This document shows positions 9,973-19,179 of a stretch of DNA of 64,000 nucleotides, one piece after another (within the stretch, counting starts at the first letter, position 1; each line of letters begins with the position of its first letter). The DNA is from Pseudomonadota bacterium. Its GTDB lineage: Bacteria > Bdellovibrionota > Bdellovibrionia > Bdellovibrionales > Bdellovibrionaceae. The notes beneath the pieces were generated by a model. The model saw nothing but the letters and a program-made list of their open reading frames with translations. It was not told the DNA's origin and searched no databases. Position numbers and translations under genes: made by a program. The stretch is from NCBI GenBank assembly GCA_041178425.1, contig JBEGVH010000014.1, positions 32,001 to 96,000 on the forward strand, in the 5' to 3' direction.

Positions 9973-10749
9973 ATGAAAAAAGCAGAAATCACTCATGTTT
10001 TTGGTAAAAAATGCCGCAAACTAAAAAGAATGAATGAAAAACGCTGGTTTATCCTCAGAAACGAGCAAGTCTTAGGCCCTTTAAGTGCCAAGGACCTACT
10101 CCGCGATCTCGAGGGCAAAAACAACGAGACCATCCGTCTATGGGCAAAAGGCAAAGCGAATTGGCAGCCTTTCAGCGAACTTGTTGATGAGCTGAAAAAC
10201 GAAAGCACTAACAATGTGCTAGTTCTAAAGACCGACGATCGATGGTGGCTAAAGGAGAACGGTATCGAAGCGGGCCCGATGCCCTTTGAACAGTTGATTC
10301 ATCACCTAAAAAAAACAACTAATTTAGAGAAGATTAAAGTCGCCAATTATGCAAAGAGGCAATGGGATGACGTCTTTGCGATTCCAGCGATCTTAGAGAA
10401 ACTAGGCATCAATCGTCGAGCGGTGCCACGCGTTCCCATCGAAGGCACCGCCACAATTTCCGAAGGCCCCCTAAAAGGACAACACGGCCTTCTCGCCTCC
10501 ATCAGCCAAGGGGGATTCGGAATTAAGAACATCGAGGGACTAAGTATTGGAGAATCTATCAAGGGCACGCTCAATTGCCCTGCTCTGGGCAATTCCGTTC
10601 ATTTTCAAGCAGAGGTCGTTTTTATAAATAAAAACAGTGTTGGCGCTAAATTTCTCAATTTATCTACAGAAGGCCTCTCGCAAATAATCTTTTACGTGAA
10701 CCAATTTATAAGTAAACATCCTGATATCGACTTTCGAAAAATTGGTTAA
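9973..10749 (+). CDS. Tandem GYF_2 (DUF4339) plus PilZ domain protein
   Basis: Two W(F/W)...GP...W repeats, then RRAVPR and SISQGG PilZ motifs. The start may be the ATG at 10030. Confidence 0.8.
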   Translation: MKKAEITHVFGKKCRKLKRMNEKRWFILRNEQVLGPLSAKDLLRDLEGKNNETIRLWAKGKANWQPFSELVDELKNESTNNVLVLKTDDRWWLKENGIEAGPMPFEQLIHHLKKTTNLEKIKVANYAKRQWDDVFAIPAILEKLGINRRAVPRVPIEGTATISEGPLKGQHGLLASISQGGFGIKNIEGLSIGESIKGTLNCPALGNSVHFQAEVVFINKNSVGAKFLNLSTEGLSQIIFYVNQFISKHPDIDFRKIG

Positions 10750-10770
10750 ATCTAGAATTGAGGAGCCACC

Positions 10771-11163
10771 ATGTCGGCAATTTATGAATTCATTATTAAA
10801 GAATCCCACCTGGATACCTTTGGACATGTCAACAACGCCACCTACCTTACTCTCTTTGAAGAAGCTCGATGGGAACTCATAAGTCAAAGAGGTTACGGCC
10901 TTGACTATATTAAATTAACAGGACTAGGTCCCGTCATTCTAGAAATTCAAATTCGTTTTCAAAAAGAACTTCTTCTGCGCCAAAAAATTAAAGTTGAGAC
11001 GACCCTACTAAACTATGAAGGAAAGATTGGCAAACTTCGTCAAACAATGATTAACGAAAAGGGCGAGACTTGCTGTTCGGCGGAGCTCACCTTCGGCCTC
11101 TTTGATACAAAGTTGCGAAAACTCGTGGCCCCAACAGCAGAATGGCGACGCGCCATCGAATAA
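10771..11163 (+). CDS. Acyl-CoA thioesterase (YbgC/4HBT hotdog family)
   Basis: LDTFGHVNNATYLTLFEEAR motif, SD GAGGAG. Confidence 0.9.
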   Translation: MSAIYEFIIKESHLDTFGHVNNATYLTLFEEARWELISQRGYGLDYIKLTGLGPVILEIQIRFQKELLLRQKIKVETTLLNYEGKIGKLRQTMINEKGETCCSAELTFGLFDTKLRKLVAPTAEWRRAIE

Positions 11164-11221
11164 ATAAAATCACCCATTTTTGTCACCCCAAAGATACAAG
11201 TTTCGCTCAGACCCTTTCATT

Positions 11222-11260
11222 TGTCTCAAAGTGAATCACTTTTTGTATCAACTTGATTCA
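11222..11260. promoter_or_regulatory. Tandem 17-bp palindromic boxes (TGTCTCA-AAG-TGAATCA; TGTATCA-ACT-TGATTCA)
   Basis: Two near-matches to TGTCTCA-N3-TGAGACA upstream of a sigma-54-like element. Confidence 0.55.
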
Positions 11261-11277
11261 CCTCTCTAGATCGGTGA

Positions 11278-11293
11278 CGGTCTGTCTTTTGCT
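11278..11293 (+). promoter_or_regulatory. Sigma-54-like promoter (CGGTCT-GTCTT-TTGCT)
   Basis: GG-N10-GC spacing with TTGCT at -12. The -24 part is degenerate. Confidence 0.4.
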
Positions 11294-11327
11294 CCTTTGA
11301 TTGATGAGCGACCACCGGGAGGTCACC

Positions 11328-12083
11328 ATGAATCTAGAAACTTTAATACAAAAGACGGCTCAGACATTCTTATTTCTTGGCTTAAGCTGGGTGATCACAG
11401 CCTGTGGAAAGCAGGTTCCCACCAATGTAGTTGGTCAGAGCGAAAATGCCAGCCGACTCCCCGTCGTGACCAATACTCCCAATCCTCCCAAAGATATCGC
11501 CTTTTGCAATAAAAAGACTACAGATGATCTAACGGCCCAGCTGAGTGTGTACTACGACCGCACCAAAACCTATCATCCTGAGTTCGTGAGAGTTTGGATT
11601 CCTGAGATGGATGAATCCTATTCAGGTTCGGCCTATCAATTTGTTTTTCGTAAATGGAAGGCTAGTCTTCAAGGTGAAACCTATCAAGAAGCTACTCCTC
11701 TCAAGGTTCGAGTTGAGAGAATAAACGATAAAGAACCAGTTTCAACTTATATGGACACTCTTCATTGGAACACAGCTGCGGCTGAAATAAAAAAATACAC
11801 TAACTCAAACCTAGAAATGAAGGATGCACTTAAACTATATAGTTTTGTGATTGACCTCAAAGATCCCACTGCTTCTTTTGATGTTCTAAAGATGTCTCTT
11901 TACAAAGACGGCAACCATATCAAAGATTGGAATATTCTAATTCCCGCCTTTTATGCCCATCCATTAACTTATGCAAACTCTCAAAATCCAGTATTGGCAA
12001 CACTGCACCCATTTGCAGGAGCCGAGAGTTCCTCCTTTGGCGGTGAGCACTTTGCCTCAGTACTTAATGGATATTGCTTTTAA
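11328..12083 (+). CDS. Hypothetical lipoprotein
   Basis: SD GGGAGG before the ATG at 11328, lipobox ITAC. Confidence 0.7.
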   Translation: MNLETLIQKTAQTFLFLGLSWVITACGKQVPTNVVGQSENASRLPVVTNTPNPPKDIAFCNKKTTDDLTAQLSVYYDRTKTYHPEFVRVWIPEMDESYSGSAYQFVFRKWKASLQGETYQEATPLKVRVERINDKEPVSTYMDTLHWNTAAAEIKKYTNSNLEMKDALKLYSFVIDLKDPTASFDVLKMSLYKDGNHIKDWNILIPAFYAHPLTYANSQNPVLATLHPFAGAESSSFGGEHFASVLNGYCF

Positions 12084-12089
12084 GAATAT

Positions 12090-12959
12090 CTAGTGGCTGC
12101 TTTCCTGAACGACTTCTTCAGCCTGCAGATTCTCTCCATTACGGTAGCGCTCTAGGAGAGATTCATCGGTTGTCGGAAACGAAAACAAAAGGGAATGAAC
12201 TGTCGCCACTTGCCCGTCTTCTTGGGTTACAACAACGTAATGAACATCGGGATAGCCTTGAAAATCATTGAACTCTTTAATAAAGGTCACTAAGCGATTT
12301 CCTTGAAAATCTGAGCTTCTCCAGATTTCATCGGGAGATTCGATCGTCTCTTCGCGAAGCTCAGCGAAATCCCTGAACTTTTCGAGCGGAATATCTTTTT
12401 CGGAACGCACCTTTAACATTGCTGAAAACAAACCAAGAGAAAGCCCATCGCCCTCGGTGAGCCCGTCACCCTCAATCAATGCAGGCTCGAATTCGGTCAT
12501 ACTGCGATCAAAAACTATCTGGCCGCGTCGAAAATGATCGGAGAGTTCCATGGACCTGGTTGGAAAATGGAGAAAGATAAAAGTGGGATCCTCGTCTTGG
12601 AGGTAAGTCGAAGCAATATAATACACCGTATGATCTTCTGCTTCGAACATTCTGTGAAAGTGATAAATAGGGTACTGTTTGCTCACTGAATTATCGAGCC
12701 AAATTTGATCTGGCTCTTCCAGTGTCAGTTCCAAAAGATCGCGCATCAATGCTGAATCAGAATCTGAAAAATCACTCTTTTTTCGCAACGACTTATACTC
12801 TTTTTCGAGATGATCGATAGATGGTCTAAAATGCTCAAAAAGGCTTTCTTCAGAATCAAAAACCCAATTCTTCTCCTCGTCAATTACGATCTTTTCAGAG
12901 TTTGACTTTGAGGTGGGCTTTTTTGAATTACGATTCATTAATTTTTTGTTTTTACTCAT
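12090..12959 (-). CDS. Acidic protein with two tandem PBECR2-like (BECR nuclease-fold) repeats
   Basis: Internal duplication: TLEEPDQIW...FPT...FRRG and TIESPDEIW...FPT...YRNG. Confidence 0.6.
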   Translation of the reverse strand: MSKNKKLMNRNSKKPTSKSNSEKIVIDEEKNWVFDSEESLFEHFRPSIDHLEKEYKSLRKKSDFSDSDSALMRDLLELTLEEPDQIWLDNSVSKQYPIYHFHRMFEAEDHTVYYIASTYLQDEDPTFIFLHFPTRSMELSDHFRRGQIVFDRSMTEFEPALIEGDGLTEGDGLSLGLFSAMLKVRSEKDIPLEKFRDFAELREETIESPDEIWRSSDFQGNRLVTFIKEFNDFQGYPDVHYVVVTQEDGQVATVHSLLFSFPTTDESLLERYRNGENLQAEEVVQESSH

Positions 12960-13034
12960 CTATTAATTTCATCGCATCAATAGCATGTCACGTCAAGGTT
13001 GATAAAAATTTGATTGCAACAAGAATTCTTTTTC

Positions 13035-13403
13035 ATGACGATAAAACCAGAACGCCAAAGTCACTTCCATCGCAAGGAGGCGGTCGTGGAAAAAATTGAA
13101 GAAAAAAGCTTAATGCAAATGGAAGCTCTTCTTCATCACTCTGCTCGCGGAGTTCATATTTTGTTTGATAATCAAACAATTGCTAGAATTCTACGCGCTC
13201 CAACTGATCAAAAAGTCTTTCTTGATGTCGAAAAAATCAAGTTGGTTCAGGATATACTCACAAAGCTTATTACCAAGCGAAGTTATAATGAAAAACTGGC
13301 ATTTCTCGATGAGCTCGATCCAAATAGCATGGAAATGCTCGTTCGAACCTACTTTCATATTGTCGAGAATACGATTCGCGCAAGCACCCAACAATACCAT
13401 TAG
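13035..13403 (+). CDS. Hypothetical protein
   Basis: ORF of about 120 aa that fills the gap, helical composition. Start uncertain. Confidence 0.65.
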   Translation: MTIKPERQSHFHRKEAVVEKIEEKSLMQMEALLHHSARGVHILFDNQTIARILRAPTDQKVFLDVEKIKLVQDILTKLITKRSYNEKLAFLDELDPNSMEMLVRTYFHIVENTIRASTQQYH

Positions 13404-13470
13404 TCTGGGTAGGCTTAGGCCCTAGAAAAACTCGACTCTTGGCCCACTGACGACTCACCGATATCAAAAA

Positions 13471-13761
13471 ATGATTCGGTGGCTTCTTCTCCTACTTCTA
13501 AACTCCCAATCAGTTTACGCTGAGTACCGGGTCTTCATGATTCGAATGACTGGCCCAGACAACAAACTCATTAAAGAATTTCCTAGTACTCTCGATCCAC
13601 TACAGTACCGCTATTATTTCCACGTCCCTCAGACGGTTGAATTAAGCTACGTTTTAACATGGCTCTGCCCTGGCAACACAAGCTGGTTAAAGCCCCACTG
13701 TGCGGTACCGCCTCAAGAACCAATGGCTCCACCCACAAACCAACAACCCCCTTCTCCATGA
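13471..13761 (+). CDS. Small secreted hypothetical protein
   Basis: Signal peptide ending VYA, two Cys, Pro-rich tail. Confidence 0.65.
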   Translation: MIRWLLLLLLNSQSVYAEYRVFMIRMTGPDNKLIKEFPSTLDPLQYRYYFHVPQTVELSYVLTWLCPGNTSWLKPHCAVPPQEPMAPPTNQQPPSP

Positions 13762-13853
13762 CAATCTCTAATTTGCGCTGTTTTTAACCTCGACTCTGGA
13801 CTAGCTGACACCCCCTGATTGTCAGAAGAATAAAATGCACCTACCATAGAGGT

Positions 13854-15107
13854 ATGGAAAGCGGCAAAATTCGAGAAAAACAAAACTACGACTTAAACCA
13901 GATTAACCAAGATTACCAAAAGCGAAAAACTCGCCTGATCGATCAGCGCGAAGCCGAAATTGAAAGCATTAGACGTCAATACGATAAAGAAGAAAAAGTA
14001 ACAAAAGAACAAACCGAAGCGGCCGTTAATCACATCCGCGCTCGAGCAAAAAATAGTGTTGAAGGCGAAAAACGTAACACTCAAAAAGAAATCGAAGGAA
14101 CACGGGAAATCCTTTTAACAGAAAAACAAGTTTATGATAAAAACCTAACAAAACAACGCCAGTCGCAACAAGACACTCTTCAAAAGCTGCAAACTAATTA
14201 TAACAAGCAGCGCCTAGATACGATCCACGAAGCCGAAAAAAGCCTTGAGACCATCCACAATAAGCACTCCGAAGCGGCTCACTCCATGGAAGAGAAATTC
14301 TTGGCCCAAGAGAATAAACTGAATGAGGCTAACGAGAGACAAGTAGATAAAATTATCAACCGTGGTCAGGCTCAAGTCGCAAAGCTCAACAAGTCTTACT
14401 CTGAACAATTGGATACTATCCAACAAAAGGCACAGGAAAAATTCCGTGACCTTAAAGAAAAAAATGATAAAGACGTTCTTCGTCTTAAAGATACCCATCA
14501 AAAACAAAGAACCCAAGAAACACACACCCATTCCGAGCTCCTGCAAAACGAAAGAAAATCCTTCAATGAGCAATTTGGCAATATGAAGGAGCAGCAAAGA
14601 GATCAACTTTTGAGCCAGGATAAACGCCATGGCAACATCATGAATCTTCGTATGCAACAAATGGAAAAAAACTTCGATGCGCAAGATCGTGTTCTTAATC
14701 GAGAAGTCGCAAAATTAAAAATGGACTGGGCAGATAAAGCCAATTTCATAAAAGAAAGAATGGACGACCCTTTTTACCAAATGATCGATCGCAAATCGAG
14801 TTTTGAAGAGACTGATGACAGCTATATATTAAAGGCCTTTATTCCTACTCACGACAGAAATGCCATAAAAGTCATTGTTCAACCTGATAAAATCTCTGTT
14901 CAGGGAAACCGCTCCCATAAAGATCGTGCAGAAACAAAAGATCGAAATCTGGCGAGTGAAAAATTCGAGAGCTTCAGAGAAGAGTTCCAATTCTCGAGCC
15001 CTGTGGTAGAAAAAGGTGTTATTCAAGAGCGCGATGGCGATTACGTGACGGTGACGGTTCCCAAGCTCCAAAGAAAAAATAAAATCTCTTTCGATGGCTT
15101 AGCTTAA
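13854..15107 (+). CDS. Long coiled-coil protein with C-terminal Hsp20/alpha-crystallin domain
   Basis: About 300 aa of E/K/Q heptads, then EETDDSYILKAFIP...ISVQGNR...SFREEF...DGDYVTVTVPK. Confidence 0.75.
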   Translation: MESGKIREKQNYDLNQINQDYQKRKTRLIDQREAEIESIRRQYDKEEKVTKEQTEAAVNHIRARAKNSVEGEKRNTQKEIEGTREILLTEKQVYDKNLTKQRQSQQDTLQKLQTNYNKQRLDTIHEAEKSLETIHNKHSEAAHSMEEKFLAQENKLNEANERQVDKIINRGQAQVAKLNKSYSEQLDTIQQKAQEKFRDLKEKNDKDVLRLKDTHQKQRTQETHTHSELLQNERKSFNEQFGNMKEQQRDQLLSQDKRHGNIMNLRMQQMEKNFDAQDRVLNREVAKLKMDWADKANFIKERMDDPFYQMIDRKSSFEETDDSYILKAFIPTHDRNAIKVIVQPDKISVQGNRSHKDRAETKDRNLASEKFESFREEFQFSSPVVEKGVIQERDGDYVTVTVPKLQRKNKISFDGLA

Positions 15108-15113
15108 AGTCTC

Positions 15114-15341
15114 CTAATAACTAGTGCTCTTCGCCTTCATAACCGAATTAACTTCTCGAATTGAAAATGAAAGACGGCCACAAAGATCTTCGAGCTCTTC
15201 GAGCTTCGCCTCAAGGTCAGCAATTAAATCCGTGGAGCCGCCGGCATCTCGATGAGAGAATATTGACTCTTGCTTATTGCCTGAATTCCAAAGCTCTTGA
15301 TTCTGAACAGAGTCTGCTGGACCTAACATGATCGCCTCCAC
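15114..15341 (-). CDS. Small coiled-coil hypothetical protein
   Basis: 75-aa ORF with a heptad pattern, GTG start. Confidence 0.5.
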   Translation of the reverse strand: MEAIMLGPADSVQNQELWNSGNKQESIFSHRDAGGSTDLIADLEAKLEELEDLCGRLSFSIREVNSVMKAKSTSY

Positions 15342-15470
15342 ACGAAGTTTTTTTTTCAGATATGCCTTAAGTCTAGGTATGACCCCCGACTATCAACAAC
15401 TTAAATTACCTTACATTTCACACTGGAACCCTTTGGGGGGCCCAAAACTAACTAGCAAAAACTAAAACTT

Positions 15471-16091
15471 CTATTTGTACTCACACGCCATCGAATCTTT
15501 GTCGGCCGTAGAAAGCTCATCCCGCTTGGTTATTGTGGCTAAATAGGTAGCCATTACACTTCCTCCATCGTCATTATGTCGAAGTCCCAACACATGCCCG
15601 AGCTCATGAATGAGCAAACTTTCAAGGTGAACCTCACTGTTTTGCTGCGGAGAATCAGAGTAGAAGCTGAAATCTTTAGCATTAACTTTTAAGTCGGCCT
15701 CGCGAATCTGCTCGCCAATCCAATAAATCGATGTGCGCGCCTGCTCTGTTTTCTTTTCTGACTCCCACGATCTCATCCAGTAAATGACTGAGCGATTATC
15801 TTTGGTGGGCGCATCGTTATCTCTAAAGGACGTATTGATTATAGCGAACAATCGATGCCCGGCTGCTGACTCCCAAACCTGAATCGCTCGATCCAAAGCA
15901 GGCAAATGTTCACGCGGAAAATCAGCGTGAACCAAAAGCGGTATCGGAACTTGGTCTTTCCAAGAGATTCTCTGCCCATACACATTCTGAACAAAGTTGC
16001 AGGGCTCTTCAGCCTTTGGCGCCGGAGCACAGGCAATGAGTCCCAAGATGACCCCAGCTACACCAACTCCTGCCAAGAAATACTTAATCAT
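15471..16091 (-). CDS. Matrixin (M10/metzincin) family metalloprotease lipoprotein
   Basis: Lipobox LIAC, HELGHVLGLRH, SVM Met-turn. Confidence 0.88.
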   Translation of the reverse strand: MIKYFLAGVGVAGVILGLIACAPAPKAEEPCNFVQNVYGQRISWKDQVPIPLLVHADFPREHLPALDRAIQVWESAAGHRLFAIINTSFRDNDAPTKDNRSVIYWMRSWESEKKTEQARTSIYWIGEQIREADLKVNAKDFSFYSDSPQQNSEVHLESLLIHELGHVLGLRHNDDGGSVMATYLATITKRDELSTADKDSMACEYK

Positions 16092-16140
16092 GTTGCGCCT
16101 TCCAATTCATTCAATCCAACTTCAATTTAACGTTGCCTAT

Positions 16141-16175
16141 CGTCTCATTTTCAAACATTGGACCAAAATGAGACG
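16141..16175. promoter_or_regulatory. Tandem palindromic boxes, putative enhancer (CGTCTCA-TTT-TCAAACA; TGGACCA-AAA-TGAGACG)
   Basis: Two boxes about 160-195 bp upstream of the sigma-54 promoter. An IHF-like site (AAACAATAACTTA, minus strand) lies at 16192-16204. Confidence 0.6.
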
Positions 16176-16334
16176 GTCAGCAAAATCCTACTAAGTTATT
16201 GTTTTTATTGGATTCTGAACTCTATAATCAATTCTTATGGGCATCGGGACCATGTACAAAATATGAACGCAGGCGACAAAATTCCAAAAATTAGGATGGG
16301 AGGAGCTCAAAGAAGTGGGTGGTGTCAAAAAGTT

Positions 16335-16350
16335 TGGCACTGACCTTGCT
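16335..16350 (+). promoter_or_regulatory. Sigma-54 promoter TGGCAC-TGACC-TTGCT
   Basis: Perfect -24/-12 consensus, predicted +1 near 16361. Confidence 0.8.
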
Positions 16351-16360
16351 AAAGTCTAGG

Positions 16361-16490
16361 AATACCTATCGAACTCGCTCCGCCCTCGCGGATCTCGATG
16401 AGTTCTACAACCCACCTTAAAACCCGCCTTCTTGGAGGGGACTTCAAAAAAGAAGTTCCTCCTCCTCCTCTGCCGGGGACTCAATAGACA
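16361..16490 (+). ncRNA. Candidate sigma-54-dependent small RNA (alternatively a 29-aa sORF, 16398-16487)
   Basis: Lies downstream of the sigma-54 promoter with no long + ORF. Stems UCCGC-CCUC-GCGGA (nested in AUCGA/UCGAU) and GGAGGGGACUUC-A6-GAAGUUCCUCC. C-rich tracts. Confidence 0.5.
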
Positions 16491-16561
16491 CTTTTGAATT
16501 CAAACTATAAGAAATTCTTATGTAAAATCGCCGCTTTTAAGACGTTGGATTTCCCTTTTTT

Positions 16562-17467
16562 CTAATGAAGTGAAGTCTTGTAGAGAGCGTTTCGCACCTC
16601 TTTGATATCGTCTAGAGTAAGCTCATAAGGACGACCGCACATCTGACAAATAATCTGCGTCTTTTCTTGCTTTTCGAGCATATCATCTAGTTCCTCGACC
16701 CCAAGAATGGACAGGGCATTTTTAACTCGCTCTGGTGTACAAGGGCACGAGTATTCAATAGGAAAATCATGGGGAATTTCCGTAAATGGAATTCCATTAA
16801 GATAGGGTTCAACCAACTCTAACGGTGACTTCATCTCCCGAATCATTTTTGAGATTTCCCGAGAGGCCTGTTTTTGGTTTTCATCGATCTTTTCGATGAT
16901 GTTGTCTTCTACCCCGGGCATAACCTCAACGATGACTCCACCGGCCGCTTCTACTCTTCCGTAGGTGTCGAGAAAAACCCCCAGCGAAATGACACTGCGG
17001 ATTTGCTGAGATTGGTGGAGGTAAAAAGCCAAATCATCGCCAATTTCACCCGTTACCAGTGGAACTGTTCCTTGATAAGGCTGCCGCTGAAAAGGCTGAT
17101 GTCGAACGACCGTCAACATTCCCCCACCGATAGCCTCCTTCAAACTCAATGTCGAAGAATAACTGGTTGGTTCATACTGGGGAACATTGACATAGCCGCG
17201 AACTTTACCCTGATAATCGGCCTGAGCGTAAACGCGAGATAAGGGGCCCTCCCCTTGAACAAGAACACCAATTTCTTGGCCGTCTTTTAAATTGCTAGCC
17301 ATTAAAAGCGCACCCACCATTGCTCTTCCGACAGCTACGGTTGGCAGCGGTCGAGTTTGCTGAAGTTGTTGCATTCGCGCGACCACCTCGGTGGCATTAA
17401 CACTTGCGATTCTCACTGCGAAATCATTACTTACAAACCGATGCACCCGATGACCGATTGAACTCAT
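16562..17467 (-). CDS. hslO: Hsp33 redox-regulated chaperone
   Basis: YLHQSQQIRS, AAGG, CPC...CQMC zinc motif. Confidence 0.93.
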   Translation of the reverse strand: MSSIGHRVHRFVSNDFAVRIASVNATEVVARMQQLQQTRPLPTVAVGRAMVGALLMASNLKDGQEIGVLVQGEGPLSRVYAQADYQGKVRGYVNVPQYEPTSYSSTLSLKEAIGGGMLTVVRHQPFQRQPYQGTVPLVTGEIGDDLAFYLHQSQQIRSVISLGVFLDTYGRVEAAGGVIVEVMPGVEDNIIEKIDENQKQASREISKMIREMKSPLELVEPYLNGIPFTEIPHDFPIEYSCPCTPERVKNALSILGVEELDDMLEKQEKTQIICQMCGRPYELTLDDIKEVRNALYKTSLH

Positions 17468-17585
17468 AGCCTTAGCCTCACTTGCCCAGGAATTTAGTTT
17501 CTTAAAAATTTAGCCGACTATATCGAAAACAGAGTTCCGCGTCATCCCTATTCTCAATCCAATTTCGAATGCAAACTCAATAAAT

Positions 17586-18086
17586 ATGACACTTAAAGAA
17601 TTTGTAATTTTCAGACATGCCCAAAAAGGGTCTTGGAGTAATGATCCCGAACTTTCACAAGAAGGGCATGCTCAGGCTAAACAACTGGTGAATTTAGTTC
17701 ATCAGCAAATAATACCTCCCCCCGACATCCTTTTTTGCTCCCCTAAAAAGAGGAGCGAGCAAACTTTCATACCTCTAAGAGATGAATTTAGGATTCCATT
17801 AGAAGTAGACCCTAACCTTGATGAAAGAGGGGCTTCAGAACGGGGCCTTGCTTTTGAAGGTCGTATCAAGAACTTTCTTGACGTTCAACTCCCGCAACGC
17901 CCCCATACCTGTGTTTATCTGTGTACGCACCTTGATTGGATGGAAATTTTTGGAAGCATTGCCCCCATTGATGTTGATATCACTAATGATGTTATTCATA
18001 TGCCACCAGCGTATTTCTATCATTTCTCGCTCGTGGCAGACCCCTCTGGCCTTTGGAAACTCATGAAAAAAAGTCGAGGATTTTAA
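17586..18086 (+). CDS. Histidine phosphatase (SixA/PGM-like)
   Basis: FRHAQK, LSQEGHAQA, SPKKRSEQT, CTH. Confidence 0.8.
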   Translation: MTLKEFVIFRHAQKGSWSNDPELSQEGHAQAKQLVNLVHQQIIPPPDILFCSPKKRSEQTFIPLRDEFRIPLEVDPNLDERGASERGLAFEGRIKNFLDVQLPQRPHTCVYLCTHLDWMEIFGSIAPIDVDITNDVIHMPPAYFYHFSLVADPSGLWKLMKKSRGF

Positions 18087-18496
18087 TGCTAAAAACTTTC
18101 TTTTTTATTGCTCTTACAACCCTTCAATTTATGGAGATCGCAAGGGCTAGTGAGCCGTTCCGCTTTGTCTGTAAAGGACACACGCCTCTTGAATTAAGGC
18201 TTCACCTCACCGTCATCAACGAATCAAGAGCCGCCATGACTATCGACTCCATTGACCTCTATCCACATACAGGAGGTAGCTGGAGACTTCTCCTAGAGCG
18301 GATCTCTGGTGATACGAAAAACTCAACAATGGTTCCTTTTACGACCTACGATGACTCATTTATATACCACACTTTTATTCCTAAAACCCTTTTGTCGGAG
18401 AGGGTCTCTGGTAGGTTTAGCACCGAATTAACGTGGCAAACAGATGAGCGTGGTTCAATCTATTCCGAAGAATTACTTTGCCACCCGCTGAAATAA
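18086..18496 (+). CDS. Secreted hypothetical protein
   Basis: ATG at 18086 overlaps the upstream stop. Signal peptide, Cys near both ends. Confidence 0.65.
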   Translation: MLKTFFFIALTTLQFMEIARASEPFRFVCKGHTPLELRLHLTVINESRAAMTIDSIDLYPHTGGSWRLLLERISGDTKNSTMVPFTTYDDSFIYHTFIPKTLLSERVSGRFSTELTWQTDERGSIYSEELLCHPLK

Positions 18497-18511
18497 GGAG
18501 AGGCTTTTTCT

Positions 18512-19111
18512 ATGAATTCCTTCAACTATCAAAATATTTGGGGCGTTGGTCGTAACTTTAAAGATCATGCCTCTGAAATGAAGGCAGAATTACCATCATC
18601 GCCTCTGATCTTTTTAAAGAGTGGAGCGTCTGTTGGCCAAAATCCCGATGTTGTTAGACTACCCTCTTGGAGTCATGAAGTTCATCACGAAGTGGAACTG
18701 GCGGTACGAATTTCTGCCGACGGTCGCCCACTCCAGGCAACTATTGCCCTCGACCTCACCGAACGACATTTTCAAGGTTTAGCAAAAAAGAACGGCCACC
18801 CATGGACCCTCGCTAAGTCCTTTAGCGGAGCGACCGTTCTTGCCCCCTGGTTGCCTTGGAACTCAGAATTCTTAAAATCTGATATTGAACTCCTAATTAA
18901 TGGGCAGATAAAGCAAAAGGGAAACCTGCAGGATCTCATCTTTAGCCTGCCCTCCATCACCGATTTTCTCCTTCAACACTTTCCTGTTTGCGAAGGAGAC
19001 GTGATTCTTCTGGGCACACCCGCAGGTGTGGGCCCACTAAATCCCGGCGACCAACTGGAAGCCAGTTTGGGTTCTTTTCTTCGCCACAAATGGCGAGTCG
19101 AAAAAGGTTGA
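18512..19111 (+). CDS. Fumarylacetoacetate hydrolase family protein
   Basis: VGRNFKDHA, HHEVEL, WTLAKSF, GDVILLGTPAGVG. Confidence 0.92.
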   Translation: MNSFNYQNIWGVGRNFKDHASEMKAELPSSPLIFLKSGASVGQNPDVVRLPSWSHEVHHEVELAVRISADGRPLQATIALDLTERHFQGLAKKNGHPWTLAKSFSGATVLAPWLPWNSEFLKSDIELLINGQIKQKGNLQDLIFSLPSITDFLLQHFPVCEGDVILLGTPAGVGPLNPGDQLEASLGSFLRHKWRVEKG

Positions 19112-19179
19112 TCGTCATCCTAGATCAGTGTCAATATCTCCCCAACTTAGAACACAGTGAACAGATGTTGGGGGTATTC

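Noticed and set aside
16370..16475. Minus-strand GGA-rich CsrB/RsmZ-like RNA
   Set aside because: The GGAs are contiguous, not in separate hairpin loops, and the clear promoter is on the + strand.
18988..19179. N-terminal extension of PutA in the ORF track
   Set aside because: Overlaps the FAH gene. PutA similarity begins near 19180.
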